This document shows positions 63,390-64,000 of a stretch of DNA of 64,000 nucleotides, in pieces (position 1 is the first letter of the stretch; every line of letters begins with the position of its first letter). The stretch lies in the NCBI RefSeq assembly GCF_018977255.1, contig NW_024704742.1, forward strand, positions 96,598,001-96,662,000, given 5' to 3'. Below the pieces are notes generated by a model, which worked only from the letters and a program-made list of their open reading frames with translations, did no database searches and was not told the origin of the DNA. This DNA comes from Callorhinchus milii (taxonomy: Eukaryota). The position numbers were made by a program, and so were the translations under genes.

Positions 63390-63945
63390 TCTCCAACTAG
63401 TGGAATCATCGCTCAATAGGAAGGATGTCTGGCCAAGCTGCAGACAGGATGATGGTGGCAATGCTCTCATGCATTTCATGTTGAGTTTGCAGAGAATTCC
63501 TGGTACCTGCCACCCACCTAGCAAGAGTTCAAACCCATGCTTGTCAGATGTCAAATGGCCAACTGCTTACAACCCTCCTTGCAGAGGAAGGTAAGCAGGG
63601 TCTCCTTGGAGCTGAACTGGCTCAAAGGTGACATATTTGGCAATGGAATGTCGGAATTGAGCCAACCCTCTGTGGCGGTCTTCATGGTCAGTTCCTGAGC
63701 CAGGTAGATGGGCAGTATTCCAGGGCACGGCAGATGACAGCATAGCCAGACTGGCTCATCAGCTCCCATTGACCCTTATAGGTCAAGCCAAGGCCCTAAT
63801 GGGTAGGGTGGTTCTAGCTGGAGAAGCAGCAGGAAAGCTTGCCAGACAGCGGCTTCATTGGCAAGCTAGGCGGTATTAGCTACTTGTACTTCAGCAGTAC
63901 CCCCAATACACGCTCTGGGGTCCCTAAGCCTTGGCTCTTGCCAAC
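63390..63945 (-). mobile_element. Degenerate RTE-like LINE 5' UTR and endonuclease start
   Basis: Minus strand GCATGG-GTTTGAACTCTT (decayed WNVRTL), then CTCTGCAAACTCAACATG..ATTGCC (decayed EL.KLN.DIA). Confidence 0.4.
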
Positions 63946-63956
63946 CTGAATCAAGT

Positions 63957-64000
63957 AATAATAATAATAATAATAATCCTTGCATTTGATATAGCGCTTT
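63957..64000 (-). mobile_element. Young SINE tail, cut by the window edge
   Basis: (TAA)n TCCTTGCATTTGATATAGCGCTTT. Confidence 0.9.

Overview
Eukaryotic, vertebrate, largely non-coding DNA. The repeat content points to a cartilaginous fish, most likely a holocephalan such as the elephant shark Callorhinchus milii; this is inferred from the SINE/LINE repertoire, not confirmed. No host protein-coding exon could be identified with confidence, and nearly all listed ORFs are repeat-derived or chance. The window is dominated by retroposons: a young tRNA-Ala-headed SINE family ending in (ATT)n (about 7 near-complete copies), an older longer subfamily, older DeuSINE-like (SacSINE1/AmnSINE1-type) copies, and a 2-kb 5'-truncated young L2 LINE (55352-57370) with an RT YADD motif whose 3' stem-loop is shared with the SINEs. 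It also holds many L2/CR1 fragments, Penelope-like LTR remnants (one with a recognisable minimal hammerhead-ribozyme core at 47277-47314), palindromic MITEs and RTE-like remnants. Repeat-poor, motif-rich blocks (about 29.9-31.2 kb, 42.4-43.6 kb, 48.3-48.7 kb) look like conserved enhancers in a large intron or gene desert. The CpG-rich left edge probably adjoins a gene. No prokaryote-type system (CRISPR etc.) is present. All calls were made by eye and boundaries are approximate.
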